Source of the DNA: an uncultured Gammaproteobacteria bacterium | Lineage (GTDB): Bacteria; Pseudomonadota; Gammaproteobacteria; DRLM01 | DNA length: 64,000 bases | Direction of reading: 5' to 3' | Assembly: GCA_963729605.1 (NCBI GenBank) | Contig: CAVSNY010000002.1 | Coordinates: forward strand, 32,001-96,000 | Part shown: positions 44,554-53,402 of the stretch, piece after piece | How the letters are laid out: every line of letters starts with the position of its first letter | Position numbering within the stretch: the stretch's first letter is position 1 | Made by a program: the position numbers and the translations under genes | The notes under the pieces: model-generated | Database searches by the model: none | Told to the model about the DNA's origin: nothing | Seen by the model: the letters and a program-made list of their open reading frames with translations, nothing else

Positions 44554-45291
44554 ATGAACAAGAAACTATCTACGCTACTCTCACTCACGCTCGCAAGCGT
44601 TACCGGTACAGCGGCATTGGTCATCCCCACGACGGCCAGCGCGGACCTGACTGGCAATATTGGCGTATTTTCCAAATACGTCTTGCGGGGCATCACCAAC
44701 ACCACCGAGAACGACAACACCACGGTACAAGGCGGCTTCGACTACAGCCACGCCAGCGGATTTTACGCGGGTTACTGGGGCTCCAACCTCGGCTACGGCA
44801 ACGGCACCACCGCCACCGGCTTCGAAAACGACCTCTACGCCGGCTACGCCGGCCAGGCCGGCGACGCCAGCTACAGCCTCGGCCTCATCCAATACTACTA
44901 CATGGAAGTCGAAGACTCCGACGGCCTGGAATTCGTAGGCAGCGTCGGCTACGGCCCGATCAAGGCCGGCTTCAAATACCTCACCAACGACGTCGCCTGG
45001 GGCAACACCGGCGACATCTACTGGACCGTGGATTATTCAGCGAGCCTGCCCATGGACTTCGGTTTCGGCGCGAGCCTCGGCTACTACACCTACGAAGATA
45101 GCGGCGACTTCATCGCCAGCTCGGCGAAAGACTCGGCGTTCCGGCATCTCAACCTCAGCCTCTCCCGCCCGATAGGCGATACCGGCGCCAACATGAACGT
45201 CACCTACGTCATCGGCGGCGAAGACCGCCAGGGCAACGACCAGAAAGACGCCCTGGTCCTCGGCATCACCTACGGCTTCGAGGTGAAGTAA
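44554..45291 (+). CDS. TorF-family putative porin, copy 2
   Basis: Mature protein identical to copy 1; different signal peptide. Confidence 0.8.
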   Translation: MNKKLSTLLSLTLASVTGTAALVIPTTASADLTGNIGVFSKYVLRGITNTTENDNTTVQGGFDYSHASGFYAGYWGSNLGYGNGTTATGFENDLYAGYAGQAGDASYSLGLIQYYYMEVEDSDGLEFVGSVGYGPIKAGFKYLTNDVAWGNTGDIYWTVDYSASLPMDFGFGASLGYYTYEDSGDFIASSAKDSAFRHLNLSLSRPIGDTGANMNVTYVIGGEDRQGNDQKDALVLGITYGFEVK

Positions 45292-45323
45292 AGAACATCG
45301 CGCGGCCGGCTTTCCGCCGGCCA
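44626..45323 (+). repeat. ~700 bp near-identical direct repeat, copy 2
   Basis: Matches 35406-36103, including the downstream GGCCGGC hairpin. Confidence 0.95.
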
Positions 45324-45358
45324 TTTTTCATGGCAGGCAAAAAAATCAAGGGGGCGAA

Positions 45359-46651
45359 ATGAACTCGCGCAAACAAATTTCACCGCTGCGCTGCCTCGTC
45401 GGCGCGGTTGCATTGGGAGTAGTGTCGCAGTGGGCTCACGCGGCGGACACCATCAAGGTCGGTATTCTGCATTCCTTGTCGGGCACCATGGCCATCAGCG
45501 AAACCACGTTGAAGGACACCATGCTGATGCTGATCGAAGAGCAAAACAAAAAAGGCGGCGTGCTGGGCAAGAAGCTGGAGGCGGTGGTGGTCGATCCGGC
45601 TTCCAATTGGCCCTTGTTCGCGGAGAAAACCCGTGAATTGATCTCCAAAAACAAGGTCGCCGCCATCTTCGGTTGCTGGACCTCGGTGTCGCGTAAATCG
45701 GTGTTGCCGGTGGTGGAGGAACTCAACGGTTTATTGTTCTACCCCGTGCAATACGAAGGCGAAGAGTCGTCCAAGAATGTCTTTTACACCGGCGCCGCGC
45801 CCAATCAGCAGGCGATACCGGCGGTGGATTATCTGATGAAGGACGTCGGCGCAAAACGCTGGGTGCTGGCCGGCACGGATTATGTGTATCCGCGCACCAC
45901 CAATAAAATCCTCGAGGCCTATCTCAAGGCCAAGGGCGTCAAGAGCGAAGACATCATGATCAACTACACGCCTTTCGGCCACTCCGATTGGCAGAGCATC
46001 GTGTCCGACATCAAGAAATTCGGCTCGCAGGGCAAGAAGACCGCGGTGGTCTCCACCATCAACGGCGACGCCAACGTGCCCTTCTATAAAGAGCTCGCCA
46101 ATCAAGGCATCTCCGCGGCGGATATTCCGGTAGTGGCCTTCTCGGTCGGTGAAGAAGAATTGTCGGGCATCGACACCAAACCTTTGGTGGGTCACCTCGC
46201 GGCCTGGAATTATTTCATGAGCGTGGACGCGAAAGAGAACGACGCCTTCATCAAAAAATGGCATGCCTTCATCAAAGACAAGAAGCGCGTGACCAACGAT
46301 CCCATGGAGGCCCATTACATCGGCTTCAATATGTGGGTGAAGGCGGTGGAGAAGGCCAAGAGCACCGATACCGATAAAGTCATCGATGCCATCGTCGGCG
46401 TGAAGGTGCCCAATCTTACCGGCGGCACCGCCGAGATGTTGCCCAACCATCACATTACCAAGCCGGTGCTGATCGGAGAAATCCAGGACGACGGCCAATT
46501 CGAGGTGGTGTGGGAAACCGACAAGCTGGTGCCCGGCGACGCCTGGTCCGACTTTCTGCCCGGCAGCAAGGACATCGAGGCGGATTGGGTGAAACTCAAA
46601 TGCGGTAACTACAATACTAAAACCAAGAAGTGCTCGGGACAAAACTTCTGA
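45359..46651 (+). CDS. urtA: Urea ABC substrate-binding protein
   Basis: KVGILHSLSGTMAISE, DPASNWPLF, GCWTSVSRK, YPVQYEGEE, GAAPNQQ. Confidence 0.92.
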   Translation: MNSRKQISPLRCLVGAVALGVVSQWAHAADTIKVGILHSLSGTMAISETTLKDTMLMLIEEQNKKGGVLGKKLEAVVVDPASNWPLFAEKTRELISKNKVAAIFGCWTSVSRKSVLPVVEELNGLLFYPVQYEGEESSKNVFYTGAAPNQQAIPAVDYLMKDVGAKRWVLAGTDYVYPRTTNKILEAYLKAKGVKSEDIMINYTPFGHSDWQSIVSDIKKFGSQGKKTAVVSTINGDANVPFYKELANQGISAADIPVVAFSVGEEELSGIDTKPLVGHLAAWNYFMSVDAKENDAFIKKWHAFIKDKKRVTNDPMEAHYIGFNMWVKAVEKAKSTDTDKVIDAIVGVKVPNLTGGTAEMLPNHHITKPVLIGEIQDDGQFEVVWETDKLVPGDAWSDFLPGSKDIEADWVKLKCGNYNTKTKKCSGQNF

Positions 46652-46663
46652 GGACGCTGTAAA

Positions 46664-46697
46664 GCCGCGGGGATGGATGGCGCATCCCCGCGCTTTT
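46664..46697 (+). terminator. Intra-operon hairpin after urtA
   Basis: CGCGGGGATG...CATCCCCGCG followed by TTTT. Confidence 0.5.
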
Positions 46698-46769
46698 CAG
46701 TGAGGGTTGCCGAGGTTCGATCATGCGCCGGGGTTCATTCGTGCGCAAACTACTGTGGCTGAATTAAGC

Positions 46770-48419
46770 ATGCGACGAGACTTTATTATATCTCTGCTGC
46801 GCGGATGCTTGCGCGTGTTCACCCTGCTGGCGCTGGGCCTGCTCTGTGTCCTGCCGCCGGCTTGGGCTGAAGAAGACACCGCCGCCGATTTCGCGGCGCA
46901 GCTCCAGCAGTTCAAGGAGGGAGGCTTCGATGACAAGGCCCGCATCGTGGCGGCCTTGGAATCTTCCGGCGATGAACGCACGATCACGATTTTAAAATCC
47001 CTGCTGGACGGTGTGCTCTATTATCGCAAGGACGATGAGCGGGTGGTGATCGTCAAGGACACCGAAGACGGTTACCGGTTGACCGATGTGTTGAACGGCG
47101 AATCTTTGGGTGACGTGGAGCGCCGCGACGTCAAAAAAATTCCCATCAATAACGCCCTGCGCCGACAGTTGCGCGGCGCCTTGGCGCGGCTGAGTCTGTC
47201 GCATAAAAGTCCCGCCGTGCGTTTGGCGGCGGTCAAGGAAATCATCAAGGACATCGACGCGGAGACCGTGCCGCTGCTGCGCGAGGCGGTAACTAAAGAA
47301 ACCGACGACAGGGTGCTGGAGGCCTTGCATACCGGCGTGGCGATGATCGATGTCGGCAGCGACGACAAGGCCGTGCGGCTGGCGGCCATTGAAAATCTGG
47401 GTAATACCCTGCTGCCCGAGGCGCGCCAGCATTTGCAGGCGCTGGTCGAAGCGGGCAACGAAGCCGATGCGGAGATCCGGCTCGCCGCGACGCAGGCCTT
47501 GGCGAAAATCGAATCGCGGCGGCAAGTCTACGGGTTTCTCGAAACCGTGTTTTTCGGCTTGAGTTTAGGCTCGGTGCTGTTGCTGGCGGCCATCGGCCTC
47601 GCCATCACCTTCGGCGTGATGGGGGTTATCAATATGGCCCACGGCGAGTTGATGATGCTGGGCGCGTACACGACTTACGTCGTGCAATTGCTGATGCCCA
47701 ATCATATCGAATATTCCCTGCTGGTCGCCGTGCCCGCGGCGTTTTTGGTGGCGGGTTTGACTGGCATCGCCATCGAGCGCGGCGTCATCCGCTTTTTATA
47801 CGGCCGGCCGCTGGAGACCTTGCTCGCCACCTTCGGCATCAGCTTGTTGTTGCAGCAGGCGGTGCGCAGTATTTTCTCGCCGCTCAATCGTTCGGTGGAG
47901 ACCCCGGAGTGGATGAGCGGGTCGCTGGAGATCAATAGCGCGTTGGCGCTTACCTACAACCGTCTCTACATCATTATTTTTAGTTTGATGGTATTTGCTG
48001 CGCTGCTGCTGATTCTGAAAAAGACCTCGCTCGGTTTGCAGGTGCGCGCCGTTGCGCAGAATCGCGACATGGCGAGGGCGATGGGCATCCGCACCCAATG
48101 GGTGGACGCGCTCACCTTCGGTTTGGGTTCGGGCATCGCGGGGGTCGCCGGCGTGGCCTTGAGCCAGCTCACCAATGTCGGGCCGAATCTCGGGCAGGCC
48201 TACATCATCGATTCCTTCATGGTGGTGGTGTTCGGCGGCGTGGGCAATTTATGGGGCACCTTGGTGGGCGCGCTGTCGCTGGGCGTGGTGAATAAATTCC
48301 TGGAGCCGTGGTCGGGCGCGGTGCTGGCCAAGATCCTGGTGCTGATCTTCATCATTTTGTTCATCCAAAAACGGCCGCGGGGTTTGTTTCCGCAAAAGGG
48401 CCGTTCCGCGGAAGGTTGA
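46770..48419 (+). CDS. urtB: Urea ABC permease with HEAT-like periplasmic domain
   Basis: GLAITFGVMGVINMAHGE, PLETLLATFG, RPRGLFPQKGR. Confidence 0.92.
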   Translation: MRRDFIISLLRGCLRVFTLLALGLLCVLPPAWAEEDTAADFAAQLQQFKEGGFDDKARIVAALESSGDERTITILKSLLDGVLYYRKDDERVVIVKDTEDGYRLTDVLNGESLGDVERRDVKKIPINNALRRQLRGALARLSLSHKSPAVRLAAVKEIIKDIDAETVPLLREAVTKETDDRVLEALHTGVAMIDVGSDDKAVRLAAIENLGNTLLPEARQHLQALVEAGNEADAEIRLAATQALAKIESRRQVYGFLETVFFGLSLGSVLLLAAIGLAITFGVMGVINMAHGELMMLGAYTTYVVQLLMPNHIEYSLLVAVPAAFLVAGLTGIAIERGVIRFLYGRPLETLLATFGISLLLQQAVRSIFSPLNRSVETPEWMSGSLEINSALALTYNRLYIIIFSLMVFAALLLILKKTSLGLQVRAVAQNRDMARAMGIRTQWVDALTFGLGSGIAGVAGVALSQLTNVGPNLGQAYIIDSFMVVVFGGVGNLWGTLVGALSLGVVNKFLEPWSGAVLAKILVLIFIILFIQKRPRGLFPQKGRSAEG

Positions 48420-48422
48420 GCC

Positions 48423-49544
48423 ATGCCGAATAAAGGATTATTGCTGCGTATCCTTGAGCACGACACCGGCGGCAAGATTTTTTTATCGCTGCTCGCCTTG
48501 GTGGCGGTGCTGGTGTCGGTGTTGAATCTGGCGGTGCCGGAAGGCTCGCCTTTGCATGTCTCGACCTACACGGTGACCTTGCTGGGCAAATACCTCTGTT
48601 ACGCGCTATTGGCCGTCGCACTGGATTTGGTATGGGGTTATTGCGGCATTTTGAGTCTGGGCCACGCGGCCTTTTTCGCCTTGGGCGGTTATTGCATGGG
48701 CATGTACCTCATGCGTCAGATCGGCGACCGCGGTGTTTACGGCAATCCCGACTTGCCGGATTTCATGGTCTTCCTCAACTGGACGGAGTTGCCGTGGTAC
48801 TGGTTCGGTTTCGATCAATTCTGGTTCGCGATGTTGATGGTGATGCTGGTGCCCGGTGTGCTGGCCTTAGTGTTCGGCTGGTTCGCTTTCCGCTCGCGGG
48901 TGACGGGGGTGTATCTGTCGATCATCACCCAGGCCCTGACCTTCGCGCTGATGCTGGCATTTTTCCGCAATGAAATGGGCTTCGGCGGCAACAACGGGCT
49001 GACCGACTTCAAGGAGATACTCGGTTTTAGTTTGCAGAGCGACGCCACCCGGGTCGGTCTGTTTCTCATTAGCGCGCTCACTTTGGCCGCGGCCTATTTC
49101 GTGGCGCGTTACGTAGTGAATTCCAAACTGGGCCGGGTGGTGGTGGCGGTGCGCGACGCCGAGGACCGCGCGCGTTTCATCGGGTATAAAGTGGAATCCT
49201 TCAAGCTGTGGATCTTCGTCTTCTCGGCCATGCTGGCCGGCCTCGCCGGTGCTTTGTATGTGCCGCAGGTGGGGATCATCAATCCCAGCGAATTTTCGCC
49301 GCTCAATTCCATCGAACTGGTGGTGTGGGTGGCGGTGGGCGGCCGCGGTACGCTGTACGGCGCGATACTGGGCGCGCTGCTGGTCAATTTCGCCAAGACT
49401 TATTTCACCGGCGCTTTGCCCGAGGTGTGGCTGTTCGCGCTGGGCGCCTTGTTCGTGGTGGTGACTTTGTTTCTGCCGCACGGTTTGGTGGGATTGTTGA
49501 AACGTCGGCGCAAGAAGGCGGCGCTTAAGGAGGCGCCGACATGA
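48423..49544 (+). CDS. urtC: Urea ABC permease
   Basis: WGYCGILSLGH, LPDFMVFLNW, GGNNGLTDFK. Confidence 0.92.
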   Translation: MPNKGLLLRILEHDTGGKIFLSLLALVAVLVSVLNLAVPEGSPLHVSTYTVTLLGKYLCYALLAVALDLVWGYCGILSLGHAAFFALGGYCMGMYLMRQIGDRGVYGNPDLPDFMVFLNWTELPWYWFGFDQFWFAMLMVMLVPGVLALVFGWFAFRSRVTGVYLSIITQALTFALMLAFFRNEMGFGGNNGLTDFKEILGFSLQSDATRVGLFLISALTLAAAYFVARYVVNSKLGRVVVAVRDAEDRARFIGYKVESFKLWIFVFSAMLAGLAGALYVPQVGIINPSEFSPLNSIELVVWVAVGGRGTLYGAILGALLVNFAKTYFTGALPEVWLFALGALFVVVTLFLPHGLVGLLKRRRKKAALKEAPT

Positions 49545-50383
49545 ATCCGCTTACATTATTTGGCAACGGCCGGCGCCGCGAGCGGTCGCGCGATAGCGCC
49601 GGCGCGCAGCGGCAAACCGTGACCAGCGGTGCAGTCGACGTCTCTCACGGACCGATTTTGTATCTGGAAAATGTCACGGTCAGCTTCGACGGCTTCAAGG
49701 CGCTCAACGAACTGACCCTCTACATCGACGACGGCGAGCTGCGCTGCATCATCGGCCCCAACGGCGCGGGCAAGACCACCATGATGGACGTGATCACCGG
49801 CAAGACCCGTCCCGACAGCGGCACGGCGTTTTTCGGCCAGACCATGGATCTCACCCGCATGAGCGAATACGAGATCGCCAGCGCGGGCATCGGCCGCAAA
49901 TTTCAAAAGCCCACGGTGTTTCCCCTTCACACGGTGTTTGAAAACCTGGAGCTGGCCATGCGCGCCGACAAGCGGGTGTGGCCGAGTTTGTGGGCGCGGC
50001 TGAACGGCGAGCAGCGTGACCGTATCGCCGAGGTGCTGGAGACGGTGATGCTGACCGATCAACAGGCGCTGCGTGCGGCGGAGCTGTCCCATGGCCAGAA
50101 ACAATGGCTGGAGATCGGCATGCTGCTGATGCAGGATCCGCGGGTGCTGCTGGTCGATGAACCCATCGCCGGCATGACGCATCAAGAGACCGAACATACC
50201 GCCGAGTTGCTCACGGGCTTGGCGGGCAGCCGCTCGGTGGTGGTGGTGGAGCACGACATGGCCTTCGTGCGTTCGATCGCCCGCAAGGTGACGGTGCTGC
50301 ACGAAGGCCATGTGCTGGCGGAAGGCAATATGGACGAGGTGCAGAATCATCCGGCGGTCATTGAAGTGTATCTGGGGAGCTGA
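49541..50383 (+). CDS. urtD: Urea ABC ATPase
   Basis: GPNGAGKTT, GIGRKFQKP, LSHGQKQWLEIGM. Confidence 0.92.
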   Translation: MNPLTLFGNGRRRERSRDSAGAQRQTVTSGAVDVSHGPILYLENVTVSFDGFKALNELTLYIDDGELRCIIGPNGAGKTTMMDVITGKTRPDSGTAFFGQTMDLTRMSEYEIASAGIGRKFQKPTVFPLHTVFENLELAMRADKRVWPSLWARLNGEQRDRIAEVLETVMLTDQQALRAAELSHGQKQWLEIGMLLMQDPRVLLVDEPIAGMTHQETEHTAELLTGLAGSRSVVVVEHDMAFVRSIARKVTVLHEGHVLAEGNMDEVQNHPAVIEVYLGS

Positions 50384-50385
50384 GC

Positions 50386-51081
50386 GTGCTGGAGTTGAGT
50401 GGGGTCAATCAATATTACGGCGAGAGCCATACCTTGTGGGACGTGGCGCTGTCGGTGCCCGCCGGTTCCTGCACGGTATTGATGGGACGCAACGGCGTCG
50501 GCAAGACCACCTTGCTAAAAAGCATCATGGGTCTGCTTCCCGTAAAGTCGGGCTCGCTGTTATTCGAAGGTGAAGAGCTGCGGGGCAAACCCGCCGAGTT
50601 GCGCGCCAGGCTGGGCATCGCCTATGTGCCGCAGGGACGCGACATCTTCCCGCAACTGACCGTGGAGGAAAATCTGCTCACCGCGCGGGCCTCGGGGCGC
50701 GTCGTCGGCAAGCAGATTCCGCCGCATATTTACGAATTATTCCCCGTATTGGCGCAGATGCGCCAGCGGCGTGGCGGTGATTTGTCCGGCGGTCAGCAGC
50801 AACAGCTGGCCATCGGCCGGGCCTTGCTGATTAAACCCAAATTATTGATATTGGATGAACCCTGTGAGGGTATTCAGCCGAATATCGTCCAGCAAATCGG
50901 CGACGTGATTGTCCATTTGCGAAAAGAGTATTCACTCACCGTATTATTGGTGGAGCAAAAACTGCCGTTCGCGCGACGGGTCGGTCAGGGTTTTTGTCTG
51001 ATGGATAAAGGGCGAGCAATAACGTCCGGCCTCATCGAGCAGCTGGATCAGGGGTTAATTGCGGAGCATCTAGCCGTGTAG
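50386..51081 (+). CDS. urtE: Urea ABC ATPase
   Basis: [26 protein letters not shown]. Confidence 0.92.
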   Translation: MLELSGVNQYYGESHTLWDVALSVPAGSCTVLMGRNGVGKTTLLKSIMGLLPVKSGSLLFEGEELRGKPAELRARLGIAYVPQGRDIFPQLTVEENLLTARASGRVVGKQIPPHIYELFPVLAQMRQRRGGDLSGGQQQQLAIGRALLIKPKLLILDEPCEGIQPNIVQQIGDVIVHLRKEYSLTVLLVEQKLPFARRVGQGFCLMDKGRAITSGLIEQLDQGLIAEHLAV

Positions 51082-51143
51082 CCAGCCTTGGAGGCCGGCC
51101 AAGCGCGTAAGTGAAATCCCGCCAGACGTTTTAGAGGAAGTTA

Positions 51144-51165
51144 AGGCCGGCTTTAGGGCCGGCCT
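51144..51165. terminator. Hairpin between convergent genes
   Basis: AGGCCGGC-TTTAGG-GCCGGCCT. Confidence 0.45.
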
Positions 51166-51183
51166 CGATTCCTCAAGCAAAGC

Positions 51184-51432
51184 TTATTGTGCGGCGTTAG
51201 GTTCACCTTCGACCGGCGGCGCCATTTCTTGCTCCGGCGCGGCACCTTCCATGGGCGCGGACATGTCCGAAGGTTCTTCGGTCATGGGCGCCGGCTCGGT
51301 TATAGCAGGAGCAGGCTCTGAAAACTGGTCTGCGGGAGCCACTTGGTTTTCAGGTTGCTCATCGGCCTTTTGCCCGCAGCCCGCGAGCGCGGCAGCCAAC
51401 AATGCGATACCCAAGATAGCAATTTTGCGCAT
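51184..51432 (-). CDS. Small acidic, Pro-rich lipoprotein
   Basis: MRKIAILGIALLAAALAGC lipobox; low-complexity E/P/A tail. Confidence 0.65.
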   Translation of the reverse strand: MRKIAILGIALLAAALAGCGQKADEQPENQVAPADQFSEPAPAITEPAPMTEEPSDMSAPMEGAAPEQEMAPPVEGEPNAAQ

Positions 51433-51747
51433 AAACGTTCCTTTATAAAAGTTCACTCTTACCATTACCCGTATCTGTATGATTACCGACTACCTTTTTA
51501 AAGTGCCGGCGCGCGTATTCTCAGGCTTCACAATAAAATTTGCTATAGCTGACTGGGCTTAGTTCCATAAATATTTTTTTGTTTAACAATCAGTTAATTG
51601 CATCAAGTTGACTAGATAATTTGTTGATTTTGTGTTAGTGCCACGCCGGGTCTTGATGACGCCGATGTGAATGACGGCGTGTGGATGGGCTTGGCGTGAA
51701 TAAAAAATGGTTGATTCATTTTGGGATAGAGGCAGGAGGATATTGCG

Positions 51748-52077
51748 ATGAATAAAGCGGTATGGCTGGGTGTTTTGTCGTGTGTGGTGATGACGGGGTG
51801 TTCATGGGTGAAGTTGACGCCGGGCGGCGAAAAGGTGCGTGTGTTGGATGCGGCGGAAGTGTCGACCTGCAAACATCTGGGCGATAGCACGGTGTCGTTG
51901 TTATCGCAGTTGGCGGGCATCAATCGCAATGAAGAAAAAGTTCAAATCGAACTGAAGGCCTTGGCGCGTAATGCCGGCGCGGAGATGGGCGGCGACACGG
52001 TGGTGCCCGTGTCGGCGGTGACCGATGGCAAGCAAATGTATGCCGTGTATAAATGTATCGGGGTTACCGCGCAATAA
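51748..52077 (+). CDS. DUF4156-like lipoprotein
   Basis: MTGC-SWVKLT lipobox; CKHLG, ARN..AEMGGDT, VYKC. Confidence 0.75.
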   Translation: MNKAVWLGVLSCVVMTGCSWVKLTPGGEKVRVLDAAEVSTCKHLGDSTVSLLSQLAGINRNEEKVQIELKALARNAGAEMGGDTVVPVSAVTDGKQMYAVYKCIGVTAQ

Positions 52078-52148
52078 ACGCGGCGGTGCGGTGGATGGAC
52101 CGATCTTTTCGCGCTGGCAGACACGGTAAGATTCACTGGTTTTGCCGC

Positions 52149-52177
52149 AAAAAGCGGGTAGCGAATGCTACCCGCTT
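52149..52177 (-). terminator. Rho-independent terminator
   Basis: AAGCGGGTAGC-GAAT-GCTACCCGCTT with an A run on the left (U tail on the minus strand). Confidence 0.65.
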
Positions 52178-52189
52178 CTCCGCCGGTTA

Positions 52190-52288
52190 TCACGGGCCGG
52201 GGGCGAACCACACCAGATTGGCGATTACACCGATCGAGGCCACTACACTCACCGCCAAAAGTAATAAAGTCCATTGATTGCGGGTCAT
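52190..52288 (-). CDS. Putative 32-aa single-pass membrane peptide
   Basis: MTRNQWTLLLLAVSVVASIGVIANLVWFAPGP, then TGA TAA; AGGGGA RBS upstream and a terminator immediately downstream. Confidence 0.5.
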   Translation of the reverse strand: MTRNQWTLLLLAVSVVASIGVIANLVWFAPGP

Positions 52289-52417
52289 GACTTGTTCCCC
52301 TTGCTGCTGATGATGCGGCACAAGTGCCGTCACCGAATTTGCTTGATAGAGTGGAAAATGCGCGTGAGAGTTCCGTTCATCAACGTTGGCGGCACGTGAT
52401 TTCTCATCGCCGAAAGT

Positions 52418-53269
52418 TTAACCGCCGATCCCCGCCATGAACGCCGGCGCGACCAAGGCCGCGCGATGTATGTCGGCGCTGTAATAATCGGTGGCGAAAC
52501 TTTTTTGCGCCGAGTCCGCTTCGCGGAATTGTTTCGGATCGACGCCTTTTCCCGCGAGGGTCGCGCTCCACCAGCCGGAAGGATAGACGCATTGCGGAAA
52601 ATAAATCGTGCGGGTGTGGTCGAATCCCGCCGCGCGCATCGCGCCGTGCATGGATTCAATCAGCGTCTTGTGGAATAACGGCGATTCGCTTTGGCCCACC
52701 AAGATCCCGCCCGGGCGGAGGGCGCGGTGGCAGTTGCGGTAGAAGGCCTCGTTGAACAGGCCTTCCGCCGGGCCGACCGGATCGGTGCTGTCGACGATGA
52801 TGACGTCGAGGCTCTCCGGCGCGGCGTCTTTCAGCCATTGTATGCCGTCGCCGAAGTAGAGGTGGGCGCGCGGATCGTCGTTGGCGCTGCACAGCGCGGG
52901 GAAATATTGTTCCGAGAGACGGGTGACGCGCTCGTCGATCTCCACCTGCCAGGCCTCTTCCACGCCCGGATGTTTGAGCACCTCGCGCAGCGTGCCGCAA
53001 TCGCCACCGCCGATGACCATCACCTTTTTCGGGGCGCGGTGGGCGAACAGCACCGGATGGCTCATCATCTCGTGGTAGAGAAAATTGTCGCGGTCGGTGA
53101 GCATCACGCAGCCGTCGATCACCATCAGCTTGCCGAAGCCTGCCGTGTCATAAATCTCGATATGCTGGTAGGGCGTCTGCTCGTCGTGGAGCTTGGCCTT
53201 GATTTTAAAAGAAAAGGCCGCCCCGTCGGCGGGATAGATTTCGGTGAACCAGGTGTTGTCCAGCGCCAT
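52418..53269 (-). CDS. speE: Spermidine synthase (polyamine aminopropyltransferase)
   Basis: YHEMMSH, IGGGDCGTLREV, IVDSTDP, YPSGWWS. Confidence 0.95.
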   Translation of the reverse strand: MALDNTWFTEIYPADGAAFSFKIKAKLHDEQTPYQHIEIYDTAGFGKLMVIDGCVMLTDRDNFLYHEMMSHPVLFAHRAPKKVMVIGGGDCGTLREVLKHPGVEEAWQVEIDERVTRLSEQYFPALCSANDDPRAHLYFGDGIQWLKDAAPESLDVIIVDSTDPVGPAEGLFNEAFYRNCHRALRPGGILVGQSESPLFHKTLIESMHGAMRAAGFDHTRTIYFPQCVYPSGWWSATLAGKGVDPKQFREADSAQKSFATDYYSADIHRAALVAPAFMAGIGG

Positions 53270-53402
53270 GATGTGCGGCTCCTCGGCAGAGTGATCAAAG
53301 AGCGGCTAAAGATACAGGATGGCCGTCGCCTCGCCAATAAGCGCGGGGAGGCGAATTTCTTTATAATCGCCGTTCTTTCACCCAGCATGAGATGACAGGC
53401 CG

